Translations under genes and position numbers: made by a program
DNA from: a virus
Direction: 5' to 3' (one strand)
Length of the DNA: 47,694 nucleotides
Virus record (IMG/VR): IMGVR_UViG_3300030618_000030
Shown here: in pieces, positions 16,564 to 27,011 of the stretch
How positions within the stretch are numbered: position 1 is the stretch's first letter
Layout of the letters: each line of letters opens with the position of its first letter
Notes under the pieces: generated by a model
What the model was told of the DNA's origin: nothing
The model's input: only the letters and a program-made list of their open reading frames with translations
The model's database searches: none

Positions 16564-18645
16564 ATGAACATACTCGACACGTTCTATTTTATGTTCGAAG
16601 CCGATGCGACGAAGGTTGCCAAAGGCGCCGCGGCTGGTGAAACAGCCAGCATAAAACTGAAAAAAGTTATTGACGATACTGACGCATCTGCCGATGCGCT
16701 CGGTAAAAACTTTGTCAAGCTGGCAAAGACCGCGGCCGAAGCATTGGCAGGCGTGCTCGCATTGAGTGCGTTAAAAACGCTCGTCAATGATACGTCCGCG
16801 CATACCGCAGCGGTGGCGATGCAAGCGCGTGCGATGCAAATGAACGTCGAACAGATGAGCGCGTACCGTAATGCCGTTGTTGGCATGGGTGGCGACGCTG
16901 ATCAAGCCGCGGGCACGTTGAGTAATCTTCGGGATAAGTTCGTTGAAATGTCTCGATTCGGCGCAATGGTCGGGCCGGACGCGTTCATGTTTCGTCAGCT
17001 TGGATTGTCCGCGCAGCAAATGCGCGACAGCATCAAAGACCCAACTATTGCGTTGGGTGCGCTCGCTGAAAAGTTTCAGTCACTTAACGGCGTGCAACAA
17101 CAATACATCGGTAAAAAACTTGGTCTTGATCAAGGCACGATCATGTTGTTATCGCAGGGTCGTCGCGCATTTGAGGAAATGATCGAGAAGCAAAAAGAGC
17201 TAGGCGTCGTTACGCAAGCGCAGGCGCAGGCAGCAATGAAGTACAAGATCGCGCAGGCCGAATTAGGGCTAACGTTCGAAACCGTGAAGCGCGAAATCGT
17301 TACGGGATTGCTACCCGCGTTCACATGGGTTGTGCAAGGGATTGACAAAGTGTTGCAATGGTTCCGCGAACACAAAGGGTTCGCGCTCGGTCTATTTGCT
17401 ACGTTGGGCGCAGTGATTGCTACGGTGCTTGTGCCCCCGCTTATCGTCGCCGCAGCGGCGATGTGGTTACTGATTGCGCCGATCATTGCCGCTGCGGCAC
17501 CGTTCATTGCGTTGGGCGTGGTTATCGGTCTGATCATTGACGACATTGAGAAATTTCGCAGTGGTCAGAAGTCACTCATTGGCGAGATTTTGGAAAAGTG
17601 GCCGATGATTGGCGAGATTGCGCGGGCAGTGGCGCAAATCGTCAAAATGTCATTTGACCTAATCGTCAATTCGTTCAAGTGGTTTGGCGGCTATCTCAAA
17701 GGCGAGGCGTCGCAAGTATGGGAAGACTATAAAAAAGCCGCCGTGTCGATGTTCGACACGTTCGTTAAACAATTTCCAATATTGGGCAAAATCGCAAAAG
17801 TCTTTACCGATGGGTTCAAGTTCGAAATGGACGGCCTAATCACCATTTGGAAAACCCTAATCGATTTGATCGAGCAGTTGTTCAACAAGATCAAAGGCGC
17901 CCCGGCCGCGGTGCTAAATTGGATTGGGCATAAGTTATCAGCCGTGACGGGTGAGCATTACGACGATGTTGGAAGCGGTTCGCCGGGCACGGCTGGTTCG
18001 CCCGCAACCCTAGCCAATAGCGCGGACGGTAAAGCAATTGCCGCGAAGTTGATCGCGTCAGGCAAATGGACGCCCGAACAAGCCGCAGGTATTGCCGGTT
18101 CGTTCATGCAGGAAAGCACCGGCAAAGCCAACGCAAAGAATCCGACGAGCGGCGCATATGGCTTGGGTCAATGGCTAGGTTCACGGCGTGACGATTTTGA
18201 GAAGTACACCGGCAAGCCGTTAGAAGGGTCAAGCCTCGATGATCAGTTGGCATTTTTCAATTACGAGACGACGCACAAGGAGAAACATGCGGGCGATATG
18301 ATTCGGCAGGCCAAAACAGCCGCAGAAGCGGCCGACGCGCATTCGAAGTACTACGAGCGCCCCGGCGCCGACGAAGCGAACCTAGCGCGTCGTGAGCAAT
18401 ATGCGAACATGATCGCATCGGGTCAAACGCAAGTCGCAGGAACGAATACCCCGCTGGCGTCGCAATCGTCACAAAGTATCGCGGCGAGCACGTCGAACAA
18501 TCGCAGTGTGAGCGTACAAACTGGCGACACGATTATTCATACCGCAGCTACCGACGCGGCCGGCATTGCCGCAGCGCACGCGGACCTGTTGAAGCAACAT
18601 ATTAACGATGCGCTCGATGCGCACGATGACGGGGTATTGATATGA
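16564..18645 (+). CDS. tape measure protein with an embedded lysozyme-like (phage tail lysozyme) domain
   Basis: 693 aa, helical and Ala-rich, with a central hydrophobic stretch. The C-terminal third carries ...AGIAGSFMQESTGKANAKNPTSGAYGLGQWLGSRRDDF.... Confidence 0.85.
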   Translation: MNILDTFYFMFEADATKVAKGAAAGETASIKLKKVIDDTDASADALGKNFVKLAKTAAEALAGVLALSALKTLVNDTSAHTAAVAMQARAMQMNVEQMSAYRNAVVGMGGDADQAAGTLSNLRDKFVEMSRFGAMVGPDAFMFRQLGLSAQQMRDSIKDPTIALGALAEKFQSLNGVQQQYIGKKLGLDQGTIMLLSQGRRAFEEMIEKQKELGVVTQAQAQAAMKYKIAQAELGLTFETVKREIVTGLLPAFTWVVQGIDKVLQWFREHKGFALGLFATLGAVIATVLVPPLIVAAAAMWLLIAPIIAAAAPFIALGVVIGLIIDDIEKFRSGQKSLIGEILEKWPMIGEIARAVAQIVKMSFDLIVNSFKWFGGYLKGEASQVWEDYKKAAVSMFDTFVKQFPILGKIAKVFTDGFKFEMDGLITIWKTLIDLIEQLFNKIKGAPAAVLNWIGHKLSAVTGEHYDDVGSGSPGTAGSPATLANSADGKAIAAKLIASGKWTPEQAAGIAGSFMQESTGKANAKNPTSGAYGLGQWLGSRRDDFEKYTGKPLEGSSLDDQLAFFNYETTHKEKHAGDMIRQAKTAAEAADAHSKYYERPGADEANLARREQYANMIASGQTQVAGTNTPLASQSSQSIAASTSNNRSVSVQTGDTIIHTAATDAAGIAAAHADLLKQHINDALDAHDDGVLI

Positions 18646-19232
18646 GCTTTATAAATGTTGTCGGCAACGTACAGGGTGCGGTCGGCGCCGTTAATAATTT
18701 TGCGGACTCGATCCTATCAATGTTCGGTGTGGATACCACTGGCGTTTTCGATAACGTCACATTCGAGCAACTGTTTGATACGGCCCGACCTATCAAAGCG
18801 AACATAAATCGGTCGTCTAAAATTATGGATCACCCGATTGAGAACGGGTCTATCGTTTCAGACTTCTCGATCATTATGCCCGTCGGTATCGAACTTTCCA
18901 TGATCTTGACCGGCGAGGAATATGCGTCTGTTTATCAGGAAATGAAAAATTATTTCCTATCGCGTACGTTGGTTTCGATTCAGACGCGGGCCGACGTGTT
19001 CGACGACATGATTATCGAAGCGATGCCTCACGAAGAGTCGCCGGATATGTTCGACGTGTTGCCCGTTGCGTTCAAGTTCCGCGAAGTGCAAATGATCACT
19101 GTTCAATATCAATCGCTCGCACCGCAAAATGTGCAAAGTCCAACCGACGAATCAACCGTATCGCGTGGCGCGCAACAGCCGCAAACGTCGGTACTGTACG
19201 ACGCATCCCAGTTTCTAAAGGGGATTTTCTGA
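18642..19232 (+). CDS. baseplate/tail-tip protein (196 aa)
   Basis: ATGA-coupled to the tape measure gene. The call is positional. Confidence 0.5.
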   Translation: MSFINVVGNVQGAVGAVNNFADSILSMFGVDTTGVFDNVTFEQLFDTARPIKANINRSSKIMDHPIENGSIVSDFSIIMPVGIELSMILTGEEYASVYQEMKNYFLSRTLVSIQTRADVFDDMIIEAMPHEESPDMFDVLPVAFKFREVQMITVQYQSLAPQNVQSPTDESTVSRGAQQPQTSVLYDASQFLKGIF

Positions 19233-19597
19233 TGCAAACGATTGACCTTGAAGTCACACCTAGTCAAGCCGTAACGTTCGTTGCAGACAATCAACAATAT
19301 AACGTGACGGTGCGCAGTAACGACGATATGACATTTATGGACGTATCGATCAACGGCGCAGTCGTCGCAACGCAACTGCCTTGTATCGTTGGGCAAATTG
19401 TCATGCCGTACGAATACCTAGAAGGTGACGGGGGCAATTTCATTTTTACCACGGCGAGCGGCGACAATCCGCAGTACGCGAATTTTGGATCGAGCGATGT
19501 TTTGCTTTACATCTCGAACGCGGAACTAGCCGCGGCACGCGCCGCGAACGCAGCGGCTGTCACAACGATTACGCTCGCTCCAAATCAGGCGCCTTGA
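19232..19597 (+). CDS. baseplate/tail-tip protein (121 aa)
   Basis: TGATG coupling to the upstream gene. The call is positional. Confidence 0.5.
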   Translation: MQTIDLEVTPSQAVTFVADNQQYNVTVRSNDDMTFMDVSINGAVVATQLPCIVGQIVMPYEYLEGDGGNFIFTTASGDNPQYANFGSSDVLLYISNAELAAARAANAAAVTTITLAPNQAP

Positions 19598-19598
19598 T

Positions 19599-20474
19599 AT
19601 GCAATTCGATGACCGAATCGTAAAAATTGTGTTTGGTTTCGGCACGCAAACCGAAACCGTGGATACGTCGCTTGACCCATCCAACCCGGCGTACATTACA
19701 GCGAGCGGAACAAAGTTTGTTGACGTGACGCAGAATGAATGTCAGTTGCAAGTCGGCAACCTGTCGCGTGACTTGCGCAACGCACTGGCAACGAATCTAA
19801 CGCCCTATGATTACAACAAGGCGCGCAAGTCGTTTCAGGTGTGGGCGGGTCGCGTGAGCACTGGCTTATTCCTTCGCTATGAGGGTGACATTATCAGCGG
19901 TGTGCCGTCACAACCGCCCGATATCATCATGTCGTTTCGCAGCAAGACGGCACAGTTTTTTAAGCAAGACATTCTCGCACAGTCATACGCTGTGGCTAAC
20001 ACGCCGATGTCGCAAATAGCGGGTGACGTGGCTAGTTCGATGGGGCTTAGTTTCAAGTTTCAGGCGACTGATAGGAACGTCGCAAATTATGCATACACTG
20101 GGAGCGCCGCGGGCCAAGTCGATAAGCTCAATAAACTAGGCGGTATGGATGCATACATTGACGATGGCATGCTCGTATGCAAAAACCGGGGTATGCCGCT
20201 TGCCGATGCTGTGCACACGCTTTCATCCGAATCGGGAATGATTGGACAAGTAGAAGTTACGGAGTGGGGCGTGCGCGTGCGTTGTCTGCTGTCGCCTAAT
20301 GTACAGTTGGGCGGAACACTTAATTTAACGTCAACACAAAACCCGTCATTGAACGGCAGTTATACGATTTACAAAACCGGGTTCCAAATTGCAACGCGTG
20401 ACGCGCCGTTTTACGACGTGATCGAAGCGACACGATACCCGGCAATTTTCTACACCGCGAGCATGCCAGTATGA
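19599..20474 (+). CDS. baseplate hub protein (Mu gp44 / P2 gpD-like, tentative)
   Basis: 291 aa, immediately upstream of the spike gene. The call rests on position and a weak C-terminal resemblance. Confidence 0.4.
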   Translation: MQFDDRIVKIVFGFGTQTETVDTSLDPSNPAYITASGTKFVDVTQNECQLQVGNLSRDLRNALATNLTPYDYNKARKSFQVWAGRVSTGLFLRYEGDIISGVPSQPPDIIMSFRSKTAQFFKQDILAQSYAVANTPMSQIAGDVASSMGLSFKFQATDRNVANYAYTGSAAGQVDKLNKLGGMDAYIDDGMLVCKNRGMPLADAVHTLSSESGMIGQVEVTEWGVRVRCLLSPNVQLGGTLNLTSTQNPSLNGSYTIYKTGFQIATRDAPFYDVIEATRYPAIFYTASMPV

Positions 20475-21205
20475 GCACCCCAAATCTACCCGCGACACCT
20501 TCGAAACCGCCAGCCGCAGACGGCAATATGGGGGCTATGCTCGCATGGTGCTTTAACAAATTGCTACAACGGACGGACGGGCAATTACCCGCGGAAATCG
20601 TCAGCTATAACAGGGCAACGAACCTTGCCCGCGTGCAACCGCTTATCAGCGTCATATCGACCAGTGGGCAACGCGTTGGGCGCGCTCCTATCGTTTCTGT
20701 GCCGGTCGTTGCGCATGGCGGGGGCGGGTTCTTTATTGGCTTTCCACTTGTTAAGGGCAATCTTGGTTGGATTGAAGCGAGCGACCGTGACATATCGTTA
20801 TTTCTGCAAACCGCGCAAATGTCGCCGCCGAATACCAAGATTTTGCATTCGTTCGATAACGGGCGATTTATGCCCGATGTGTTTGATGGATACACATTTA
20901 CGCTCGATGCGAATGCGATGGTCATATCCAGTTTAGACGGTACGACTCGTATTGTTCTAGGGCCGGGTAAAATATCACTCATCGCGCCGACCGTCGAAAT
21001 CGATACGACAACTTTTAATTTAAACGCATCAGGTGTTGCAACCCTTAACGCCGCGGCACTGAACATCAATACTACGGGCGGGGGCGGAACGACTGGCACA
21101 GGTACATTTAATTTGCCAGCATCAACGATTATTGATGGTAGACCGTTTCCGACGCATGAGCACACGAATGGGAACGGCGGCGCAAATACTGGGGGTGTCG
21201 TATGA
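20471..21205 (+). CDS. baseplate central spike (gpV / gp138-N-like)
   Basis: 244 aa. N-terminal OB-like region, repetitive beta-helix-like middle section, and a C-terminal ...PFPTHEHTNGNGG... tip motif. Confidence 0.6.
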   Translation: MSTPNLPATPSKPPAADGNMGAMLAWCFNKLLQRTDGQLPAEIVSYNRATNLARVQPLISVISTSGQRVGRAPIVSVPVVAHGGGGFFIGFPLVKGNLGWIEASDRDISLFLQTAQMSPPNTKILHSFDNGRFMPDVFDGYTFTLDANAMVISSLDGTTRIVLGPGKISLIAPTVEIDTTTFNLNASGVATLNAAALNINTTGGGGTTGTGTFNLPASTIIDGRPFPTHEHTNGNGGANTGGVV

Positions 21206-21561
21206 GTTTAACTATTGCTGAAAATGCAAACCGCGATATGTTCCTGGGCGACGATGGCAACATTGCGTTTCTAACGGACGTTCAAGGCGCCCCGATTGCA
21301 ACGGCGCAGTTGACCAAATCGCGTGTGGAATCGCAGCGCGGCGAAATGATGTATGCGAAAGATCAAGGCATGCCGACACGTGCAACAGCATGGGACAGAT
21401 TTAACCCTAAGCAGTTCGAAGCCGCGGCACGCTCGATTATCAACGGCACGCCTAACGTAACGGGTGTGCCGTCGTTCACCATACAGAAGCAAGGCAACGA
21501 CCTAGACTATGTTGCACAGGTCGATACGATTTATGGACCAACAACGGTAAATGCCCAATGA
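21202..21561 (+). CDS. small baseplate wedge protein (gpW/gp25-like, tentative)
   Basis: 119 aa, directly upstream of the baseplate-J-like gene, with an overlapping start. Confidence 0.4.
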   Translation: MSLTIAENANRDMFLGDDGNIAFLTDVQGAPIATAQLTKSRVESQRGEMMYAKDQGMPTRATAWDRFNPKQFEAAARSIINGTPNVTGVPSFTIQKQGNDLDYVAQVDTIYGPTTVNAQ

Positions 21562-22793
21562 GCACGCCATTTAATTACATAGCCGAAACCGGCGTCATTG
21601 TTGCTGACACGTCGGATGTTTTGACTGAGGTTCAAGGCGAGTGGCAAGCAGCGTTCGGCGCAAATCTGGATACCGACCCGAGCACGCCGCAAGGTGTGAT
21701 GATCAACGCTGAAACCGCAACACGTGTTGCGGTCGCACAGAATAATGCCAAACTTGCCAACCAAATCAATCCGAATCTGGCGGGCGGCGTTTTCTTAGAC
21801 GCACTATGCGCCTTGTTGGGATTGAAGCGGTCGCCGGCAACAGCAACCCAAGTCACGAATGTGATGTTAAACGGTGCAATCAATACACCTATCCCGGCCG
21901 GATCGCGTGCGACGCTTGGGCCGGGCGGTGCAATATTCGCGTTACAGACCGGTGTAGTGCTGGCCGACAATGGCAGTGGTGGGGGCGTGGGATATGGCAC
22001 GTTCGTTTGTCAAACTACCGGCCCGGTAGCGTGCCCAAGTGGTGCGTTAAATACGCCGTTCGATACTGTGTTGGGATGGGAAACCATAACCAACAATCAA
22101 TCGGGCACACCGGCAAGCGTAACGACGTTAGGCGCACTGCAACAGAACGATGCATCGTTGCGGGCGCTACGTAACAACACACTTGCGCTGCAAGGTATCA
22201 GCACAGTGCAAGCACAAGTATCCGGCTTGTACGCGATACCGGGCGTCACGAGTGTTGCGTATCTTGAGAACGTCACGAGCGCGACGGAAACGATAAACGG
22301 CGTCGTATTGACCGCGCATAGTGTTTGGGCTTGCGTCGATGGCACCGCGACACCGCTTCAAATCGCTACGTCACTACTCAAAAATAAAACGGATGGCGCG
22401 GGCTGGAACGGCGCGCAAAGTGTCGCGGTACTGGAGCCTGCAAGCGGTCAAACGTACACGGTTTTGTACGACGTACCAACATACGTTTTCATCTACGGGG
22501 CGTTGACGATTCGGCAAGGCTCGTATCCGGGCAACTTGCAAGCCGATGCGCCGGCCGCAGTTGTAAATTACTTCACCGGGCAACTCGACGGATTCCAAGC
22601 GTTAGGCATTGGTCAGAATGTTTCGCCGTTTGAAATCGCCGCGGCAATTGTTTCGGCGTGCCCCGGTGCGATTGTTATGGGTTGCAGCATCGGAACCGTG
22701 CCGGGGGTACTCACGCCGGCCGATATAACGATTGGTCAAAAGCAGCGCGCACAGACCAATTCGACCGCGTTCACTGTGACGGTGACACCATGA
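21558..22793 (+). CDS. baseplate J-like wedge protein
   Basis: 411 aa. Size, position and gene order (W-J-I-fibre) fit the P2/Mu baseplate layout. Confidence 0.65.
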   Translation: MSTPFNYIAETGVIVADTSDVLTEVQGEWQAAFGANLDTDPSTPQGVMINAETATRVAVAQNNAKLANQINPNLAGGVFLDALCALLGLKRSPATATQVTNVMLNGAINTPIPAGSRATLGPGGAIFALQTGVVLADNGSGGGVGYGTFVCQTTGPVACPSGALNTPFDTVLGWETITNNQSGTPASVTTLGALQQNDASLRALRNNTLALQGISTVQAQVSGLYAIPGVTSVAYLENVTSATETINGVVLTAHSVWACVDGTATPLQIATSLLKNKTDGAGWNGAQSVAVLEPASGQTYTVLYDVPTYVFIYGALTIRQGSYPGNLQADAPAAVVNYFTGQLDGFQALGIGQNVSPFEIAAAIVSACPGAIVMGCSIGTVPGVLTPADITIGQKQRAQTNSTAFTVTVTP

Positions 22794-23458
22794 GCGCAAG
22801 TATCGAAGAATTTGATTTTTCAGTAAATCTTTTGAACGCGTTGCTGTGGCGACACGATGACGCCGTAAATATCCAAAGTTTGCTTGAAAGCAAAAACGCT
22901 TGGTATGAGACGAATCAAACGGAATTTTGGAACGATTGGATAACTAACGTTTTCAATCTGGAAACTGCAAACGAATTTGGCCTATCTGTGTGGGCGCAAA
23001 TATTGGGCGCGCCGTTATCGTTGATCGTACCGCCCAACGCCGGGCCTCAATTTGGATTCGGGCCAGCGTCGAACACGCGCCAGAATTTCAACAATGGAAA
23101 CTTTGGTTCGTCACAGGCTGGTGTGGGCTTGACGCTCGCTCAAAAACGCATCCTGTTGCAGTTGCAATACTACAAGCTGATCAGCCGTTGCACTGTGCCA
23201 GAAATCAACGAACGAGTCGCCGCGATCCTGGGTGAGTTCGGCAGCGTGTATGTGCTCGATGGCAATGATATGGAATTCACGACGTACGTTTTTGGGTTTC
23301 AACCGAACAGCGCTTTACAATTCGTACTTGAGAATTTCAATGTATTGCCGCGACCGGCCGCTGTAGGAATCAAATTTATTATCTCGACGCGGCCCGCATT
23401 CGGTTTCGGTTCGTTTAACCAGAATTTTAACAACGGTACTTTTTGGGCGGAAAACTAA
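22790..23458 (+). CDS. baseplate/tail-fibre adaptor (gpI / DUF2612-like, tentative)
   Basis: In-frame ATG at 22790 (ATGA overlap with the J-like gene). 222 aa, immediately before the fibre gene. Confidence 0.5.
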   Translation: MSASIEEFDFSVNLLNALLWRHDDAVNIQSLLESKNAWYETNQTEFWNDWITNVFNLETANEFGLSVWAQILGAPLSLIVPPNAGPQFGFGPASNTRQNFNNGNFGSSQAGVGLTLAQKRILLQLQYYKLISRCTVPEINERVAAILGEFGSVYVLDGNDMEFTTYVFGFQPNSALQFVLENFNVLPRPAAVGIKFIISTRPAFGFGSFNQNFNNGTFWAEN

Positions 23459-23460
23459 AC

Positions 23461-24906
23461 ATGAGCAATCAAAAATATTTCGATGTACCGTTCGGATTTT
23501 CCGGCGACGTTACGGCAATTCCCGACCCGCTACAAGTTGGCGGGTCGGTATCGTTTACTGAGGGTTGGAACTTCAACTATCAACGCGACCTTGCGACCGA
23601 TCCTGCTGCATTGCCAATTGATCGATCAACAATGAATTGGTTGCTGTTGCAGATTACAACCGCGTTGCAGGCGTTGCAAAACGAAACCGTGCCGGAATGG
23701 ATTCTTGCATCGCAAAATGCAGGCGTGGCTATTTCATACGGCCTGGGTTCTGTGGTTCTGTACAGCACCAGCGGCAATGCACCGTTCACCAAATTCGTAT
23801 CGCTAGTTGCCGCGAACGTAGCGACTCCAAGCACGGCCGATCCGTTGGGCGCAACAACAGGTTGGCAAGTAGTTTGCGACCCGATAGCAACCGCAGCACA
23901 GGCGTCGGCCGGCACCAACAATGCATCGATCATGACGCCGTTACTCGTGGCGCAACAAACCGCGCTACGTGCGTTACTTGCCGGATCGGGTTCGCAAGTG
24001 TTCAATGTCGGGTCGGCCGTGGCAGCAACGCAGGCGCCGCAACTACAGCAAGTTGTACCGCTTGCAGGTGGTGTGACAATGACCGGCGCGTTAGGCGTAA
24101 TTCCGGCCGTATCATCGGGTCAAGCCGCACAGTTCGGGCAGGTGTCAGGCATAGCGGGACAAACATTAAATTTCTTTAGCAATGTTGCCGCTGCGTCGGC
24201 AACTAAAGTAGTTACCGCCGATGAAATTATTGTTGAAACGGCGTTAGGCGGCTTGAGATATTGTTTGTCTGGTTTTAACAAAACTGGAAATCTCGGTACT
24301 GTCGGCCCGAATGGTATGGACACGGGCGTTGCTGGCACAAATTTTGTTGCCGAATACGTAATTTATAATCCAAACGCCGCACTGTCATCTACAAATCCAG
24401 CACTGCTATACGCCACAACCACGGGTGCTGTTGCGCCGGCAATTTATGGTGGTGCGCATATGCCCGCGGGTTATACCGCATCGGGATTGGTCGGCGTACT
24501 TGCAACCGGCGGCGGAAACTTTACCGTGGGTTGCCAGCGTGGCCGAACACGCTGGTGTGTCAGTGGTTTAGCGTTAAACGTCGCAGCAAATCAGTTTGCC
24601 CCTACGGCGTTTAACATTGGTACAGATACGTCGGGTAATTTACTGACGCCAATGAACGCAAAAACTTGGCTAGGTACATACAATCTTGGGTCGTCGGTAA
24701 TAACGAATACAACCGCCACTATTGCCGCAAATGCAGTGCCTATAGGCGTCACGGGTATTAATGGCGTCATACCATCGCCCGGCGAATCCATCGCCGGCCC
24801 ACTTCTCGAAACACCGATAATCACGGCCCAAACAGCGTACTACACTGTGTCAGTCGGCGCCGGGACGCCGCAATTTAGCGTTAATATATCCGGTTATACA
24901 ATCTAA
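23461..24906 (+). CDS. tail fibre protein
   Basis: 481 aa. N-terminus MSNQKYFDVPFGFSGDVTAIPDP...VSFTEGWNFNY is fibre-like, and the rest is Gly/Ala/Thr-rich. Confidence 0.65.
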   Translation: MSNQKYFDVPFGFSGDVTAIPDPLQVGGSVSFTEGWNFNYQRDLATDPAALPIDRSTMNWLLLQITTALQALQNETVPEWILASQNAGVAISYGLGSVVLYSTSGNAPFTKFVSLVAANVATPSTADPLGATTGWQVVCDPIATAAQASAGTNNASIMTPLLVAQQTALRALLAGSGSQVFNVGSAVAATQAPQLQQVVPLAGGVTMTGALGVIPAVSSGQAAQFGQVSGIAGQTLNFFSNVAAASATKVVTADEIIVETALGGLRYCLSGFNKTGNLGTVGPNGMDTGVAGTNFVAEYVIYNPNAALSSTNPALLYATTTGAVAPAIYGGAHMPAGYTASGLVGVLATGGGNFTVGCQRGRTRWCVSGLALNVAANQFAPTAFNIGTDTSGNLLTPMNAKTWLGTYNLGSSVITNTTATIAANAVPIGVTGINGVIPSPGESIAGPLLETPIITAQTAYYTVSVGAGTPQFSVNISGYTI

Positions 24907-24915
24907 GGGTAAATC

Positions 24916-26028
24916 ATGGCATCAAATACCGATTACACAAAGTTCAAAAATGCCCCGCTGTACGCACAGAATTCGGGTGTTGTCGCCGCATGCAAAACCA
25001 CTAATTGGTGGTGGGCCGGTGAAATTGACGACGAGCCTGTTTTGCCCTTGACGCAGGGAGTAGAGCAGTGCTTCACGCTATGGCGGAAACCGCAGGCTAT
25101 TACCAAAGTCGTGCAATACGCGACTGGGAAAACTTTCGTAGAGGGCATTGACTACTCACTGCATGCAGACGGAAAGTTAATTATTCCAGCCGGCAGCGCT
25201 ATCGTATCGGCACCGGCTGGATTCCTCACCACGCCTGACCCGTCAAGTCCCTACTTGTCGCAAAGCCTGACAAAAGAAAACACGCCGCTCTACCTGGGCA
25301 GCAATTACACAAACTACCAAATTGCGGTTAGTTATACGACTGCCTCGGTTACGCCGCCTGAAGCAAATCCATTGCCCCGACTGTCGCAAGCGTTAGGCTT
25401 GAAAACGCCTTACGCAATTACGTTTTACGGCGATAGCATTACGCTCGGTGGTCAGTGTAGCTCTAACGACAACCAAGCGCCGCAACTTCCCGATTATGCG
25501 GATATGTTCGGCGCGTACCTGTCGAGCGTAGCAGCCGGTACGATCTATTGGCGCAATCTGTCGGTATTCGGCATTGCTACAAATACCGCATTAGCTGATG
25601 TGGGAAATATTCTTGATACGGCGTCCGATATGGTTGTACTGGCGTTCGGTATGAACGACTCAAGTAGTGCCGGCCGTCTGACCAAGCAGCAATTCAAGGC
25701 GAACTTGATCGGGATGATAGAGACGATACGTCAAACCAATGGTAACGTTGAAATCGTTCTCGTGTCGGGAGTTACCAGTAATCCCGATTGGATCGAAAAC
25801 AATCCGTTGTTTCATGGCTATCGTGACGTTATGCATGAAATCGTTGGGCAATATGTCGGCACCACGGCTATATGCGTGGTTGACGTTACGGCCGTGTGGG
25901 AAGACGTGCTAAAAAGCAAATCGTATTACGACGTGACTGCCAGCGGAGTGAATCACCCCGGCGACTTCGGGCACAAACTCTATGTTCAAACAATGATCCA
26001 AGCGCTTTGCGGTAGCGAGCCGACCTAA
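24916..26028 (+). CDS. tail-associated SGNH/GDSL hydrolase (putative polysaccharide esterase)
   Basis: All three blocks can be read: FYGDSITLGG (block I), LAFGMNDS (block III), VNHPGDFGH (block V, DxxH). The N-terminal ~150 aa are unrelated. Confidence 0.75.
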   Translation: MASNTDYTKFKNAPLYAQNSGVVAACKTTNWWWAGEIDDEPVLPLTQGVEQCFTLWRKPQAITKVVQYATGKTFVEGIDYSLHADGKLIIPAGSAIVSAPAGFLTTPDPSSPYLSQSLTKENTPLYLGSNYTNYQIAVSYTTASVTPPEANPLPRLSQALGLKTPYAITFYGDSITLGGQCSSNDNQAPQLPDYADMFGAYLSSVAAGTIYWRNLSVFGIATNTALADVGNILDTASDMVVLAFGMNDSSSAGRLTKQQFKANLIGMIETIRQTNGNVEIVLVSGVTSNPDWIENNPLFHGYRDVMHEIVGQYVGTTAICVVDVTAVWEDVLKSKSYYDVTASGVNHPGDFGHKLYVQTMIQALCGSEPT

Positions 26029-26030
26029 CC

Positions 26031-26336
26031 ATGGGAGCAACAATGAGCAATGCAAGCGAATCATTCGGCGCGTCGGCCGTCAAAGTTGTAGCAGTTACGG
26101 CCGGCGCAGCAATGTCGGGCATGCAATCGGTTACACAGTCGATAGGTGAGAACGCGCAGGTTTTGATTTGGTTTATCACTATCTCATACGGCATTTTGCA
26201 ACTCATAAAATGCGTCCCGTGGTTCACGGACCAAGCCTGTGCATTCTGGCGCGGTGTTAGATATGGTGACTGGGTGCGCTGGTGGCAAATTGCCCGGCGT
26301 GGTGAGAAATCAACCGATGGGGATAGTAATGTTTAG
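26031..26336 (+). CDS. putative holin (pinholin-type suspected)
   Basis: 101 aa with hydrophobic segments and a charged C-terminus, first gene of the lysis cassette. Two in-frame ATGs (26031, 26043); the second has a GGGAG RBS. Confidence 0.5.
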   Translation: MGATMSNASESFGASAVKVVAVTAGAAMSGMQSVTQSIGENAQVLIWFITISYGILQLIKCVPWFTDQACAFWRGVRYGDWVRWWQIARRGEKSTDGDSNV

Positions 26337-26724
26337 TTCAATACTTGAAGACGTATTAGCCGGCTTGCTTGCTGTCGCCGTATTGGGCGCGGCTGGCTCG
26401 TTGTGGTACGCGGATCACGAGCACGCGAAGTTGGCGCCGCTGCAACTTAAAATGCAGTCGGCGCAAAATGCAGCAAACCAAGCCGCGGCTGATCGTGATA
26501 CAGCGCTCAAAGCCGCGGCCGACGCACAGAGTCAGCTTGTGATTGCTGAAACTGCCCTAGGCACCGCACAAGCAACTGCAACAGCCGCAGCAAGCGACGC
26601 AACCGCAGCACATGCCAAACTAGCGCAGGTTGCAAAGTTGCCCGGCGTCGTGCAAACGCTCGATGTGCAACTGCCCAAAGAAGTTTGGGACGCGATTTAT
26701 AACGCTACTGGGGCGCAACAATGA
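26329..26724 (+). CDS. i-spanin (Rz-like)
   Basis: In-frame ATG at 26329. N-terminal TMD (ILEDVLAGLLAVAVLGAAGSLWY) followed by an Ala/Gln-rich coiled coil. Confidence 0.65.
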   Translation: MFSSILEDVLAGLLAVAVLGAAGSLWYADHEHAKLAPLQLKMQSAQNAANQAAADRDTALKAAADAQSQLVIAETALGTAQATATAAASDATAAHAKLAQVAKLPGVVQTLDVQLPKEVWDAIYNATGAQQ

Positions 26725-27011
26725 ACATCATAAAACTGATCAGTGTTGCACTGCTTGCTTGTACGCTTGCGGCATGCGCCAATACGCCGATGCAGCCAAA
26801 GACCGTGACGATTGTAAAAAGCGTGCCGGCGTATCCACCCGATACGCTCTTTGCCGCTGCGGGTGGTTGCAACCATGCCCCCGCGCATGCTGCGGGTAGC
26901 GTTCGCGATCTCGCCAATGCGCTCATTGACGAACGTTCGGCCGTATCGGTTTGCCTGGGCGACCGGGCCGCACTGCGTCAATGGGAACAACAAAACAAGG
27001 CAGCTAAATAA
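26721..27011 (+). CDS. o-spanin (Rz1-like outer-membrane lipoprotein)
   Basis: Signal peptide with lipobox ...LLACTLAA-C19. 96 aa, ATGA-coupled to the i-spanin gene. The two spanin genes are separate, not embedded. Confidence 0.75.
   Translation: MNIIKLISVALLACTLAACANTPMQPKTVTIVKSVPAYPPDTLFAAAGGCNHAPAHAAGSVRDLANALIDERSAVSVCLGDRAALRQWEQQNKAAK

Noticed and set aside
26277-26284. A single Chi-like octamer (GCTGGTGG).
   Set aside because: One occurrence in 47.6 kb is compatible with chance, and the host is unknown.
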